A stretch of 32,000 bases of DNA from contig NZ_JAFKCV010000021.1 of the NCBI RefSeq assembly GCF_017254865.1, forward strand, positions 9,052-41,051, read 5' to 3'. Origin of the DNA: Bowmanella dokdonensis (GTDB lineage: Bacteria; Pseudomonadota; Gammaproteobacteria; Enterobacterales; Alteromonadaceae). The first letter of the stretch is position 1. The number at the start of each line of letters is the position of its first letter. This document shows positions 19,885-28,626 of this stretch, piece by piece. A program made the position numbers and the translations under genes. Under the pieces are notes generated by a model. It saw nothing but the letters and a program-made list of their open reading frames with translations, was not told the origin of the DNA and did no database searches.

Positions 19885-22716
19885 TCAGAAGCTAGCCCGG
19901 ACTCCCAATGCCACCTGAGTGCCGAAGCGTTCAAGATAACTGACCTGATCTTCGCGTTTGACGTAGCCCCAGTAACGTTCATTGGTCAGGTTGGTAGCCT
20001 CGGCAAACACACTGATCTTATCCGTAATGTCATAACTCATACTGGCATCCAGTTGACCATAGTCGGAGATCCAGTACGGGCCGCCCCAGGCTTCCGGGTC
20101 AGAAAGGAATTTGCTGCGCCAGTTGTAGGCGATTCGGGCCTGAAAGCCATATTGCTCGTAGTAGACAACGGCGTTATAGGAGTTCTTGGACATACCCTGG
20201 AACGGCAGACCTGCCGCCTTGAGCTCAGGATCTTCGTAATTGCTGTCCACATAGGTGTAGTTGAGCTGAAAGCCCAAACCATTGAAAGGTTCCGGCAGCC
20301 AGTTTTGCAGGGATTGCTGATAGGCCAGCTCCACCCCTTTTATCCTGGCGCCAAACTCACTCTTACCCGGATAGGAGGCAAAATAACGAATCCCTTCCAC
20401 CTCCAGCGGTCCTTCCACATACTCAATGAAGGAATCAATGTCTTTGATAAAGACACCACCGCTTAGCGAGCTGCTGTCTTCGAAGTACCATTCCAGGGTC
20501 ATATCCGCCTGCTTGGCCTCTTCCGGCTCCATGCCGGGCTTACCCATCGACAGTTGGGGCAGACCCTCCCGGTACGTATCAAAATTGGGCGCCAGCCAGG
20601 GTCTTAAGTAACCCAGAGACGGACGGCTGATCACCTTGGCCACTGAAAACCGGTACAGCAGTTCATCGGTCAGATTAAGTTTAAAGTTCAGACTGGGCAG
20701 CACATTGCTGTAGTCACCGGAAAAAGAGCTGGGCACGGGATCACGCCAGGCATTCCCTGCCGGTTTGCCGTCCTCCTGCAGATCAATCAGGGTCAGGTCA
20801 TAAACAGAGCCTTGTGAACTGACTTCAGTGCGTGAGGCACGCAGGCCGACATTTAACAGATAGGGCAGTTCGGCTATTTCATCTTCAAGATTAAACTGGA
20901 TATAACCGGTAGTGACCCGCTCCTGAACCTCATAGGTGCCGGATTCATTGAGTGACGCGACAATGCTGGCGTCGGTGGCTTCGGCGTTGATGGAGCGATA
21001 AAAGTCCAGCAGGCGGTCATAATCAAAACTCGGCCAGGGCTCGGGAGTGCGGCTTGGCTCGCCGTCGAGGAAGTTATCGAAGTTGGCGGGCACGAAAACC
21101 TCCTTGGGGATTTCAAACAGGTTGAAATCGCCTGCATTGAACACCGAGCTGTCGTCATAGGCATAGCCGTCTCTTTCAAGATACTGGCCGCCATTGCTGA
21201 ACTGACTGGAGTTTCTTGAGGCATACTCAAGTTGGGTTTTGGATTGATCCAGGTACGTCACACCGAAATCCACCCGGCTCAGTAAGCCGTTGTCTGGCTG
21301 ATAGACCCCCTTGAGCTTAAAGTCATTGATCTTATCTTCCACGCCGGTGCCCGTATTGCGACTGTAGTGTGCGCCGTAAGGCTGCTCTGCTGTCAGGCCG
21401 GGCTGCAGGACGACATCAGGGAGCATATTGCCGGTATTGTGGTTGATATCGATGGCGTCAATAAAGCCACGGGCGACGATAAAGCGATTGTCTCCGGCAT
21501 TTTCATTGTCGGCTTTGGAGTGGGCCAGATCCAACTCGAAGCTCAGTTGTTCGTTGAAAAACCACTGGGTATTGAACGCCAGTTGATAGGTATCTGTTTT
21601 GCGGGGATTGGTCAGGTTAAGCAGCTCCACCATAGTGTTGCCTGTCTGTTTCATTGACACCACCCGGCCGCTGTCATCAAACACCGCGTCGGTAAAAACC
21701 GGGGTGCCGGGCGTCCAGGACTCGTCGTAGTTGACAAAGCCTATCTGGTAGTGATGTCCGTCGGTATTGTAGCGGGAGTAAAGGGCATCGAAATTGATAT
21801 CCAGGTTTTCCAGTGGTCGCCACTGCAGCGCCAGGGTTGCGCCCAGACGTTCGCGGGTATCCTGAGCGTTGGCAAAATACATATAGCTGGGTATCTTGGA
21901 GGCGAATATTTCCTCCTGTCCGTCGATCTGTCCGTTGCCGTTCATATCCACCGGCACGCCGGCGCTGTCCGCTCCCCAGCCTTCCTCTTCATCAAAGAAA
22001 CCGGCTGCGGAGTAGGTATCAGCCCGCAATGTTTTCTTGGAATAGGCGCCGGAAAACAGAATGCCAAAGGTCTCATCTTCGCTGACATCTCCCACGATGA
22101 AAGAGGCATGGGGATGCACATCCTCTGTCCTGGACTCATAGATGCCCTTGGCCGATGCGCTTAAGGTAAAGCCTTCCAGATCCAACGGCTTGCGGGTTTC
22201 AATATCCACCACGGCACCTATTCCCCCTTCAATCAGCCGGGCTTCCGGGGATTTATACACCTGCAGTACGCTGACCAGCTCTGAAGCGATGGTATCGAAA
22301 TTGAAGTCGCGCCCGGCATTTTCCGATGCAAGCTTTCGGCCGTTCAAGGTGGTGATGTTGTAACCGCCGCCAAGACCCCGGATCAGAATATTCTGACCTT
22401 CCCCGCCGTTGCGGGTGATTGTGATACCCGGAATCCGTTGCAATGCTTCGGCCAGGTTTTCATCGGGAAATTTGCCGATATCGTCGGCTACTACCAGATC
22501 CACTACGCTGGTGGCTTTTTGTTTCAGATAGAGGGATTCCTTGATACTGCTGCGTATCCCCGATACCTGAATTTTCTCGACTTTCTGCTCTGACTCCCCG
22601 CTGTCGGACTGTGCCTGGGGATCCTGGGCATGCGCCGCATAGCTGAGGGTGACGCCCACCAGGCCGGCGCTGACACAGGCCGCCAGGCGGCTGGTTTTGA
22701 AGTAGGTTGAATTCAT
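19885..22716 (-). CDS. TonB-dependent outer-membrane receptor (943 aa)
   Basis: Signal peptide ending SYAAHA-QD. Plug-domain motifs DDIGKFPDENLAEALQRIPGITITR and NILIRGLGGGYNITTLNGR, a long beta-barrel, and a C-terminal aromatic residue (GVRASF). I chose the ATG at 22716 (MNSTYF...) over the upstream extension. Confidence 0.9.
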   Translation of the reverse strand: MNSTYFKTSRLAACVSAGLVGVTLSYAAHAQDPQAQSDSGESEQKVEKIQVSGIRSSIKESLYLKQKATSVVDLVVADDIGKFPDENLAEALQRIPGITITRNGGEGQNILIRGLGGGYNITTLNGRKLASENAGRDFNFDTIASELVSVLQVYKSPEARLIEGGIGAVVDIETRKPLDLEGFTLSASAKGIYESRTEDVHPHASFIVGDVSEDETFGILFSGAYSKKTLRADTYSAAGFFDEEEGWGADSAGVPVDMNGNGQIDGQEEIFASKIPSYMYFANAQDTRERLGATLALQWRPLENLDINFDALYSRYNTDGHHYQIGFVNYDESWTPGTPVFTDAVFDDSGRVVSMKQTGNTMVELLNLTNPRKTDTYQLAFNTQWFFNEQLSFELDLAHSKADNENAGDNRFIVARGFIDAIDINHNTGNMLPDVVLQPGLTAEQPYGAHYSRNTGTGVEDKINDFKLKGVYQPDNGLLSRVDFGVTYLDQSKTQLEYASRNSSQFSNGGQYLERDGYAYDDSSVFNAGDFNLFEIPKEVFVPANFDNFLDGEPSRTPEPWPSFDYDRLLDFYRSINAEATDASIVASLNESGTYEVQERVTTGYIQFNLEDEIAELPYLLNVGLRASRTEVSSQGSVYDLTLIDLQEDGKPAGNAWRDPVPSSFSGDYSNVLPSLNFKLNLTDELLYRFSVAKVISRPSLGYLRPWLAPNFDTYREGLPQLSMGKPGMEPEEAKQADMTLEWYFEDSSSLSGGVFIKDIDSFIEYVEGPLEVEGIRYFASYPGKSEFGARIKGVELAYQQSLQNWLPEPFNGLGFQLNYTYVDSNYEDPELKAAGLPFQGMSKNSYNAVVYYEQYGFQARIAYNWRSKFLSDPEAWGGPYWISDYGQLDASMSYDITDKISVFAEATNLTNERYWGYVKREDQVSYLERFGTQVALGVRASF

Positions 22717-22760
22717 GGTCCCTTGGTTTCCTTTATCGTTATTTGAATTAAAAGAAGGCA

Positions 22761-22785
22761 AACGAAAGTATCGAAAACTTTCTGG
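22761..22785. promoter_or_regulatory. Candidate AgaR operator A (TTTCG/CGAAA repeats)
   Basis: AACGAAAGTATCGAAAACTTTCTGG. On the minus strand this reads TTTTCGATACTTTCG, directly downstream of the putative receptor promoter -10. Confidence 0.35.
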
Positions 22786-22791
22786 TGACTA

Positions 22792-22821
22792 GATATAGTA
22801 CGAATGCTGTTCAATGATCAA
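22792..22821 (-). promoter_or_regulatory. Candidate sigma70 promoter for the receptor-lipoprotein arm
   Basis: On the minus strand, TTGATC (22821-22816), an 18-nt spacer, then TATATC (22797-22792). Confidence 0.3.
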
Positions 22822-22835
22822 GATAAAACCAAAAA

Positions 22836-22857
22836 AAACTTTCAAATAGTTTCGAGG
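22836..22857. promoter_or_regulatory. Candidate AgaR operator B
   Basis: AAACTTTCAAATAGTTTCGAGG has two TTTC(G) units about 10 bp apart. It overlaps the -35 region of the putative agaR promoter. Confidence 0.35.
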
Positions 22858-22871
22858 TTGTGCATTATAAT
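22841..22871 (+). promoter_or_regulatory. Candidate sigma70 promoter for the agaR operon
   Basis: Consensus -10 TATAAT at 22866-22871 and a possible -35 TTCAAA at 22841-22846. The spacer is 19 nt, which is longer than optimal. Confidence 0.25.
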
Positions 22872-22953
22872 TTCACGGTCGGGCAGGCAGCCCGGATAAA
22901 TCACGCTTTTTCCTGGTTGGAAAGGTACTGGACGGGAAAGTCGCTGCTTTTAT

Positions 22954-22976
22954 TTGTTTTCGAAAGCTTTTGAAGG
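22954..22976. promoter_or_regulatory. Candidate AgaR operator C
   Basis: TTGTTTTCGAAAGCTTTTGAAGG contains the palindromic core TTTCGAAA plus a CTTTTG unit 10 bp on. It lies in the agaR leader. Confidence 0.35.
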
Positions 22977-23019
22977 TTGCGGCGCCCATGCTACTTTAGC
23001 TATGTGAAACCAACATAGG

Positions 23020-23814
23020 ATGAATACAGTGGACATGTACAACAGCATTGAAAGACAGCAGGAAATTCTGCGCTTGACCCAGGCACAGGGCAAGGTCTCA
23101 GTAAAGGAACTGGCCGGTCGCTTCGACGTATCGGAAGTGACGATCCGCAATGATTTGGCTGTGCTGGACAAGAAGAAACTGCTGGTTCGTTCCCGTGGCG
23201 GCGCCATGGTCAACAGCCAGTTGGGACGGGAGTTGTCGCTCAGAGAGAAAAGCCATCAACACTCCGCCCTGAAACAACAACTGGGGCGTATCGCGGCGGA
23301 CCTGATTCAGGAAGGCGAGCGGATAATTCTCGATTCAGGGACCACCACCAAGGAAGTGGCTTCCTGCCTGCTGGACAGAGAGGATCTGGTCGTGATGACC
23401 AACGGCCTGAACATTGCGACTGAATTGGCGCAGTCCGAGAAGGTGGAGGTCATGCTGACAGGTGGGGCCCTGCGCAAAAAATCCATGTCTTTTTACGGCA
23501 CCATCGCAGAGCGCAGCCTGCAGAATTTCAACTTCAGCAAACTGATTCTGGGCGTTGACGGATTTGACCTGAAAACAGGTATTGGCACCCATTTTGAGCA
23601 GGAAGCCATTCTAAACCGGCTGATGTGCGAGATGGCCGAACAGGTTGTGGTGGTGTCAGATTCATCAAAATTTGATCGCCGTGCCTTTCATGTGATTTGC
23701 GCGGTACAGCAGATCCACACCCTGGTGACAGATAGCGGGATCCCACAGAACTATGTGGATGAACTGATGAGGCTGGGAGTCGAGCTTCATATTATTGATA
23801 GAGACAATCTTTAG
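23020..23814 (+). CDS. agaR: DeoR-family repressor of GalNAc utilisation (AgaR-like)
   Basis: Deo[46 protein letters not shown] plus a C-terminal sugar-phosphate sensor domain (ILDSGTTT). It is the first gene of the aga operon. The ATG at 23035 is an alternative start. Confidence 0.85.
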   Translation: MNTVDMYNSIERQQEILRLTQAQGKVSVKELAGRFDVSEVTIRNDLAVLDKKKLLVRSRGGAMVNSQLGRELSLREKSHQHSALKQQLGRIAADLIQEGERIILDSGTTTKEVASCLLDREDLVVMTNGLNIATELAQSEKVEVMLTGGALRKKSMSFYGTIAERSLQNFNFSKLILGVDGFDLKTGIGTHFEQEAILNRLMCEMAEQVVVVSDSSKFDRRAFHVICAVQQIHTLVTDSGIPQNYVDELMRLGVELHIIDRDNL

Positions 23815-23825
23815 GAGACAGCAGC

Positions 23826-25196
23826 ATGTCGGATTTTAATCGTCGTTCCTTTCTTAAAGCCTCTGCAGCAGGGGCGATGCTGGCTACGTTGAATGCCTGC
23901 AGCAGCACCGGCAATCAGACGAGCTCGGCGCCCAACGCCAGGGGCAGATCGGTAATGGGACTCACCGTTGCGCCCATGCCGGTGGTCAGGGCGGCGATTA
24001 TCGGCGTGGGTCAGCGTGGAGTGGGGTTTGTCCGCCATCTGTGTAACCTCGAGGGCGTTGAGCTCAAGGCAATTTGCGATATCGACCCACAGGTCACAGA
24101 GCGTGCCGTTAAGATTGCCCTCGAGCAGGGCCGCCCCAAACCGGATGTGTATGGCAAAAACGACAGACACTACCTGGATATGCTGGCCCGAGACGATATT
24201 GATATCGTCATTATCGCCACCCCCTGGCGCTGGCATCACCCCATGGCCAAAGACAGCATGCTGGCCGGCAAACATGCCTTTGTGGAAGTACCCATGGCCA
24301 CGACTATCGAAGATCTCTGGGATCTGGTGGACACTTCCGAGGCTACGCAGAAAAACTGCATGATGATGGAAAACGTCTGCTATGGCCGTGACGAGCTCAT
24401 GGTGCTGAATATGGTTCGTCAGGGCGTCTTTGGTGAATTGCTGCATGGCGAAGCGGCTTATATTCATGAGCTGCGCTGGCAGATGAAGGAGATAGACCGT
24501 AAAACAGGCTCCTGGCGCACCTATCACCACACCCGTACCAACGGCAATTTGTATCCAACCCATGGTCTGGGCCCCGTAGCCCAGTATATGAACATCAACC
24601 GTGGCGACAAGTTCGAGTATATGAGTTCCATGAGTTCGCCGGCTCTTGGCCGTGCGGCCTATGCCAAACGTGAATTCCCGGTCGATCATGAACGTAATCA
24701 ACTGCACTACATCAGCGGTGATATCAATACCAGCATTATCAAGACTCACCTTGGCCGAACCATTATGGTACAGCACGACACCACCACCCCCAGACCTTAT
24801 ACCAGGCACAATTTGATCCAGGGCACCAACGGCGTATTTGCCGGGTTCCCCAACCGTATCGCCCTGGAAGAGGGGGGCAGCGGCAGTTTCCATGAGTGGG
24901 ATTACGATATGCAAAAGTGGTATCAGAAATATGACCATCCCCTGTGGACCCGCATGGGCCAGGAGGCCGAACGTAACGGCGGTCACGGCGGCATGGACTT
25001 TTTGATGGTGTGGCGGATGATTTATTGTCTGCGTAACGGGGTACCGCTGGATCAGGATGTCTATGACGGCGCAGCCTGGTCGGCAGTGTTCCCTTTATCC
25101 AAGGCCTCGGTTGCAGACCGTGGCAACTCAAAGGATTTCCCTGACTTTACCCGGGGTCAGTGGCAACACGGCAACCCCCTGGGTATTGCCAGCTAG
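23826..25196 (+). CDS. GH109-family NAD-dependent alpha-N-acetylgalactosaminidase (Gfo/Idh/MocA fold) with a Tat signal
   Basis: Twin-arginine motif NRRSFLK. Rossmann motif IIGVGQRG. Blocks shared with the Elizabethkingia GH109 enzyme as I remember it: [61 protein letters not shown]. Confidence 0.85.
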   Translation: MSDFNRRSFLKASAAGAMLATLNACSSTGNQTSSAPNARGRSVMGLTVAPMPVVRAAIIGVGQRGVGFVRHLCNLEGVELKAICDIDPQVTERAVKIALEQGRPKPDVYGKNDRHYLDMLARDDIDIVIIATPWRWHHPMAKDSMLAGKHAFVEVPMATTIEDLWDLVDTSEATQKNCMMMENVCYGRDELMVLNMVRQGVFGELLHGEAAYIHELRWQMKEIDRKTGSWRTYHHTRTNGNLYPTHGLGPVAQYMNINRGDKFEYMSSMSSPALGRAAYAKREFPVDHERNQLHYISGDINTSIIKTHLGRTIMVQHDTTTPRPYTRHNLIQGTNGVFAGFPNRIALEEGGSGSFHEWDYDMQKWYQKYDHPLWTRMGQEAERNGGHGGMDFLMVWRMIYCLRNGVPLDQDVYDGAAWSAVFPLSKASVADRGNSKDFPDFTRGQWQHGNPLGIAS

Positions 25197-25277
25197 CAAT
25201 TTCTTACCGTTTTTGATTTGGCGGATGGCTGCAAATGAATGTAGGCCGTCTGCCCCTGTTGTGGTTGAGGAGCCAGC

Positions 25278-26576
25278 ATGCAGCATCTTCATGACATTTT
25301 CGCCGCCAACCGCCGTGGACAGGCGGTTGGCATCTATTCCGTATGCAGCGCCCATTCGCTGGTGCTCAAAGCCGCCATGCTGAAGGCCAAAGCCGACAAC
25401 AGCCTGTTACTGGTGGAATCCACCGCCAACCAGGTTAACCAGTTCGGCGGCTATACCGGTATGCAGCCAGCGGACTTTATCGACTTTGTTCATACCCTCG
25501 CTGCACAAACGGGGCTGGATAGGCAGCGCCTGATCTTCGGCGGCGACCATTTAGGGCCGGTGTGCTGGACAGACCAACCTGCTGAACAGGCCCTGCAGCT
25601 TTGCGAGACATTAATTCGCACTTATGTGCAGGCAGGATTTTGTAAGATCCATCTGGATACCAGTATGCCTTGTGCGGATGATCCTGCGGTGCTTAACGAT
25701 GAAATCATTGCCGCCCGCGCGGCCAGGTTGTGTGCGGTAGCGGAGCAGGAATCTTCCAGACTCGACCGGCGGTTATCTTATGTCATCGGTACCGAAGTAC
25801 CGGCTCCCGGCGGGGTGAATGCGCTGGAGCACCACCTGGCGCCAACGCCGGTGGACAATGTACTGCATACCCTCAAAGCCCACCAACAGGCTTTTGCCGC
25901 GGCGGGGCTCAATGAGCAAACCTGGGATAAGGTGGTGGCGGTGGTGGTGCAGCCCGGGGTTGAGTTCGACAACACTCAGGTGCATGACTTTTCTGCTGAC
26001 CAGGCGGCCCGGCTGTCAGGGGCGATTCACCAGGTGCCCAATCTGGTCTATGAAGCTCATTCAACAGACTATCAGTTGCCAGAGGCACTGGCGGCGCTGG
26101 TAAAAGGACATTTTGCCATCCTCAAAGTCGGTCCTGCCCTGACCTTTGCGCTGCGCGAGGGGCTGTTTGCCCTGTCGCATATAGAAGATGCCCTGATTGA
26201 AGAGACGCGACGTTCAGGGCTGCGCCGGCTTTGTGAAGCTGAGTTAGCGCAACAGCCAAAGTACTGGCAGAAATTTTACCCGGATGTGCAAAATCAGCCC
26301 TGGTTACGCTTTTTCAGTTACAGCGACAGGATCCGTTATTACTGGAACCAGCCGGGTTTAGCGGCGGCAGTGGAAAAGCTGCTGGGTAATCTGTCACAGA
26401 TTGCCATTCCCTTGCCGCTGTTAAGCCAGTATATGCCGGTACAATACCAGGCCGTTCGCCGTAAAAAGCTTGCCCCGCAAGGGGAGGCCCTGCTGCTGGA
26501 CAAGCTAACTGATGTATTGGGGGATTACGCCCGGGCATGTCAACCTCTGGACACTTTAGGAAGCCAATTAAGATGA
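25278..26576 (+). CDS. agaZ: AgaZ/GatZ/KbaZ-family tagatose-phosphate enzyme (aldolase accessory subunit, or tagatose-6-P kinase/epimerase-like)
   Basis: Family-typical N-terminus GIYSVCSAHSLVLKAAMLKAKADNSLLLVESTANQVNQFGGYTGM. Length is 432 aa. GAGGAG SD upstream. Confidence 0.9.
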   Translation: MQHLHDIFAANRRGQAVGIYSVCSAHSLVLKAAMLKAKADNSLLLVESTANQVNQFGGYTGMQPADFIDFVHTLAAQTGLDRQRLIFGGDHLGPVCWTDQPAEQALQLCETLIRTYVQAGFCKIHLDTSMPCADDPAVLNDEIIAARAARLCAVAEQESSRLDRRLSYVIGTEVPAPGGVNALEHHLAPTPVDNVLHTLKAHQQAFAAAGLNEQTWDKVVAVVVQPGVEFDNTQVHDFSADQAARLSGAIHQVPNLVYEAHSTDYQLPEALAALVKGHFAILKVGPALTFALREGLFALSHIEDALIEETRRSGLRRLCEAELAQQPKYWQKFYPDVQNQPWLRFFSYSDRIRYYWNQPGLAAAVEKLLGNLSQIAIPLPLLSQYMPVQYQAVRRKKLAPQGEALLLDKLTDVLGDYARACQPLDTLGSQLR

Positions 26577-27709
26577 TGCATCAGCTTTATCTGGGTCTTG
26601 AGCAGGAAGCGCTTAAGCAGAAAAACGCCCTCTGGACCGCCAGGGAAATCAGTCAGCAACCCCGGGTCTGGGAACAACTTGTGGATTCCATGCAGCCACT
26701 GCAAAAGGAATTGCAACAATGGCTGGAGCCTGTGCTGGCGTTGCCCAATCTGCGCATTATCCTGACCGGCGCCGGGACTTCCGCCTATATCGGCGAGGCG
26801 CTGCAGGCCCATCTGAATGCCAGGATGAAGCTTTCAGCCGGGCAACGTGTGGAGGCCGTCAGTACGACGGACATTCTCAGTAATCCTGACCTTCAGTTGC
26901 GTAAAGAGGTACCTACCTTGCTGGTGTCTTACGGAAGGTCAGGCAACAGTCCGGAAAGCCTTGCGGTGGTGAGATTGGCCGACCAACTCATCGACCAGTG
27001 CTGGCATCTGGTGGTGAGCTGTAATCCGCAAGGCGCTCTGGTTAAGAGTGCAGAAGATAACCTTCAGTGCAAGGTACTGCTGATGCCTGCTGCCGCTCAC
27101 GACCAGAGCTTTGCCATGACCAGCAGTTTTACCAGCATGATGCTGGCGACCCTGCTGTTGTTCACGCCGGACTATGAACAGTATAAGAAAATGCGAATGC
27201 TGGCGGGGCTGATTCTGCAGCGTGAGCTTGACAGCATCGCCACCCTGGCTTTACAGCCTTGCCGACGGCTGGTGTTTCTGGGATCGGGTCCCTTGCTGGG
27301 TATTGCCCGGGAGGCGGCTCTTAAGCTGCTGGAACTGACGGCCGGCAGGCTGCCCAGCTTTTACGAGAGTCCACTGGGCTTTCGCCATGGTCCCAAGTCG
27401 CTGATAGATGACGGCACCCAGATAGTACTGCTGCAATCGGCCAATCCCTATACCAGTCTGTATGATGCTGATCTGCGCCTCGAGTTGCAAAAAGACCGCC
27501 TGGCGTTGCATGTCAGCGCTCCGTTGCCGCTCTCACAGATAGCTGGTCTGGACGATGTCTGGCTGGGTTTTCCTTACATTGTTTATTGCCAGATGCTGGG
27601 TTTTTTCAAGTCGTTGCAGTTGGGCATAGGCCCTGATAATCCCTGTCCGACCGGGGAGGTCAACCGGGTGGTGCAGGGGGTGAATGTCTATCCCTTCGGG
27701 CAGGAATGA
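26573..27709 (+). CDS. agaS: Galactosamine-6-phosphate deaminase/isomerase (double SIS domain)
   Basis: Collinear with E. coli AgaS as I remember it: NLRIILTGAGTSAYIG, SYGRSGNSPES, HDQSFAMTSSFTSMM, AREAALKLLELTAG, GFRHGPKSL, VNRVVQGV. Its ATG at 26573 overlaps the agaZ stop (ATGATG). Confidence 0.9.
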   Translation: MMHQLYLGLEQEALKQKNALWTAREISQQPRVWEQLVDSMQPLQKELQQWLEPVLALPNLRIILTGAGTSAYIGEALQAHLNARMKLSAGQRVEAVSTTDILSNPDLQLRKEVPTLLVSYGRSGNSPESLAVVRLADQLIDQCWHLVVSCNPQGALVKSAEDNLQCKVLLMPAAAHDQSFAMTSSFTSMMLATLLLFTPDYEQYKKMRMLAGLILQRELDSIATLALQPCRRLVFLGSGPLLGIAREAALKLLELTAGRLPSFYESPLGFRHGPKSLIDDGTQIVLLQSANPYTSLYDADLRLELQKDRLALHVSAPLPLSQIAGLDDVWLGFPYIVYCQMLGFFKSLQLGIGPDNPCPTGEVNRVVQGVNVYPFGQE

Positions 27710-27711
27710 GT

Positions 27712-28626
27712 ATGCATTACGGACTGGATATCGGCGGTACCAAGATGGAGTTGGCCATCTTCGATGAACATTTTGATTGCCTGGAGAAAGAGCGGTGTAT
27801 CACACCCGTCGCCGACTACCCGGCATTTATTGCCAGGGTAACGGAGTTGGTGGTGCAGGCCGATGCCAGATATAGCCGTCGTGGCAGTCTGGGTATAGGG
27901 CTGCCGGGTGTGGTGACCGGCGAGGGAAGGGCGCTTTCCAGCAATGTACCCTGTCTGACGGGACAAAGGGTTGGAGCGGATTTGACCCATGCCCTTAAAC
28001 GCCCGGTGGCCATAGGTAATGACTGTCGCTGCTTTGCCTTGTCCGAGGCCCGTCTTGGCGCCGGCAAGGGAATTGAACGGGTACTGGGTATTATCCTCGG
28101 CACAGGACTGGGCGGTGGACTGTGTATCAATGGACAGCTGTATGCGCCGGACAGTCAGCTGGCCGGTGAGTTTGGTCATCTTGGTCTGCATCCTGCGGTA
28201 CTTCAGCGCTGGAGCCTGCCCCTGCTGCCCTGTGGTTGCGGCTTGACCGGCTGCGCCGAAACCTATGTATCCGGCGCCGGCCTGGCCAGGTTGTATGAGC
28301 TTTTCGGCCAACTGGATGCCGACACCTATGTGTGGCTGGAGCATTTTCGCCAGGGCCGCTCCGCTGCCGTGAGAACCTTCGAGTGCTTTATGGATGCCCT
28401 GGGCGCCGTCATAGCCGGGCAGATTCTGGTACTCGACCCCGGTATGCTGGTGCTCGGTGGCGGCTTATCCGCCATTGATGAGATTCGCCAGGGCCTGCCC
28501 GACGCAGTGCGTGGTCACCTGTTTGAAAACAGCGCCATACCGCCCATTGTGTTGGCTGAAGGTGGTCCCGCCAGCGGCGTCCGTGGCGCCGCCCTGATGG
28601 GCGCCAAGCCTATGGAAAGCCAATGA
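27712..28626 (+). CDS. agaK: ROK-family N-acetylhexosamine kinase (GalNAc kinase, AgaK-type)
   Basis: The NagK-like N-terminus MHYGLDIGGTK and the ROK zinc motif CGCGLTGCAETYVSG. I prefer the ATG at 27712 because AGGA lies 6 nt upstream. The ATG at 27706 overlaps the agaS stop and is an alternative. Confidence 0.8.
   Translation: MHYGLDIGGTKMELAIFDEHFDCLEKERCITPVADYPAFIARVTELVVQADARYSRRGSLGIGLPGVVTGEGRALSSNVPCLTGQRVGADLTHALKRPVAIGNDCRCFALSEARLGAGKGIERVLGIILGTGLGGGLCINGQLYAPDSQLAGEFGHLGLHPAVLQRWSLPLLPCGCGLTGCAETYVSGAGLARLYELFGQLDADTYVWLEHFRQGRSAAVRTFECFMDALGAVIAGQILVLDPGMLVLGGGLSAIDEIRQGLPDAVRGHLFENSAIPPIVLAEGGPASGVRGAALMGAKPMESQ

Noticed and set aside
19828-20466. A 212-aa plus-strand ORF opposite the 3' end of the TonB-dependent receptor. 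The similar antisense ORF at 27688-28344, opposite agaK, falls in the same category.
   Set aside because: Both lie antisense to strongly supported genes and carry no motifs.
23811-24986. A 391-aa minus-strand ORF opposite the GH109 gene.
   Set aside because: The sense strand encodes a full-length GH109/Gfo-Idh-MocA protein with many conserved blocks. The antisense product is rich in H/G/V/A and has no recognisable motifs.
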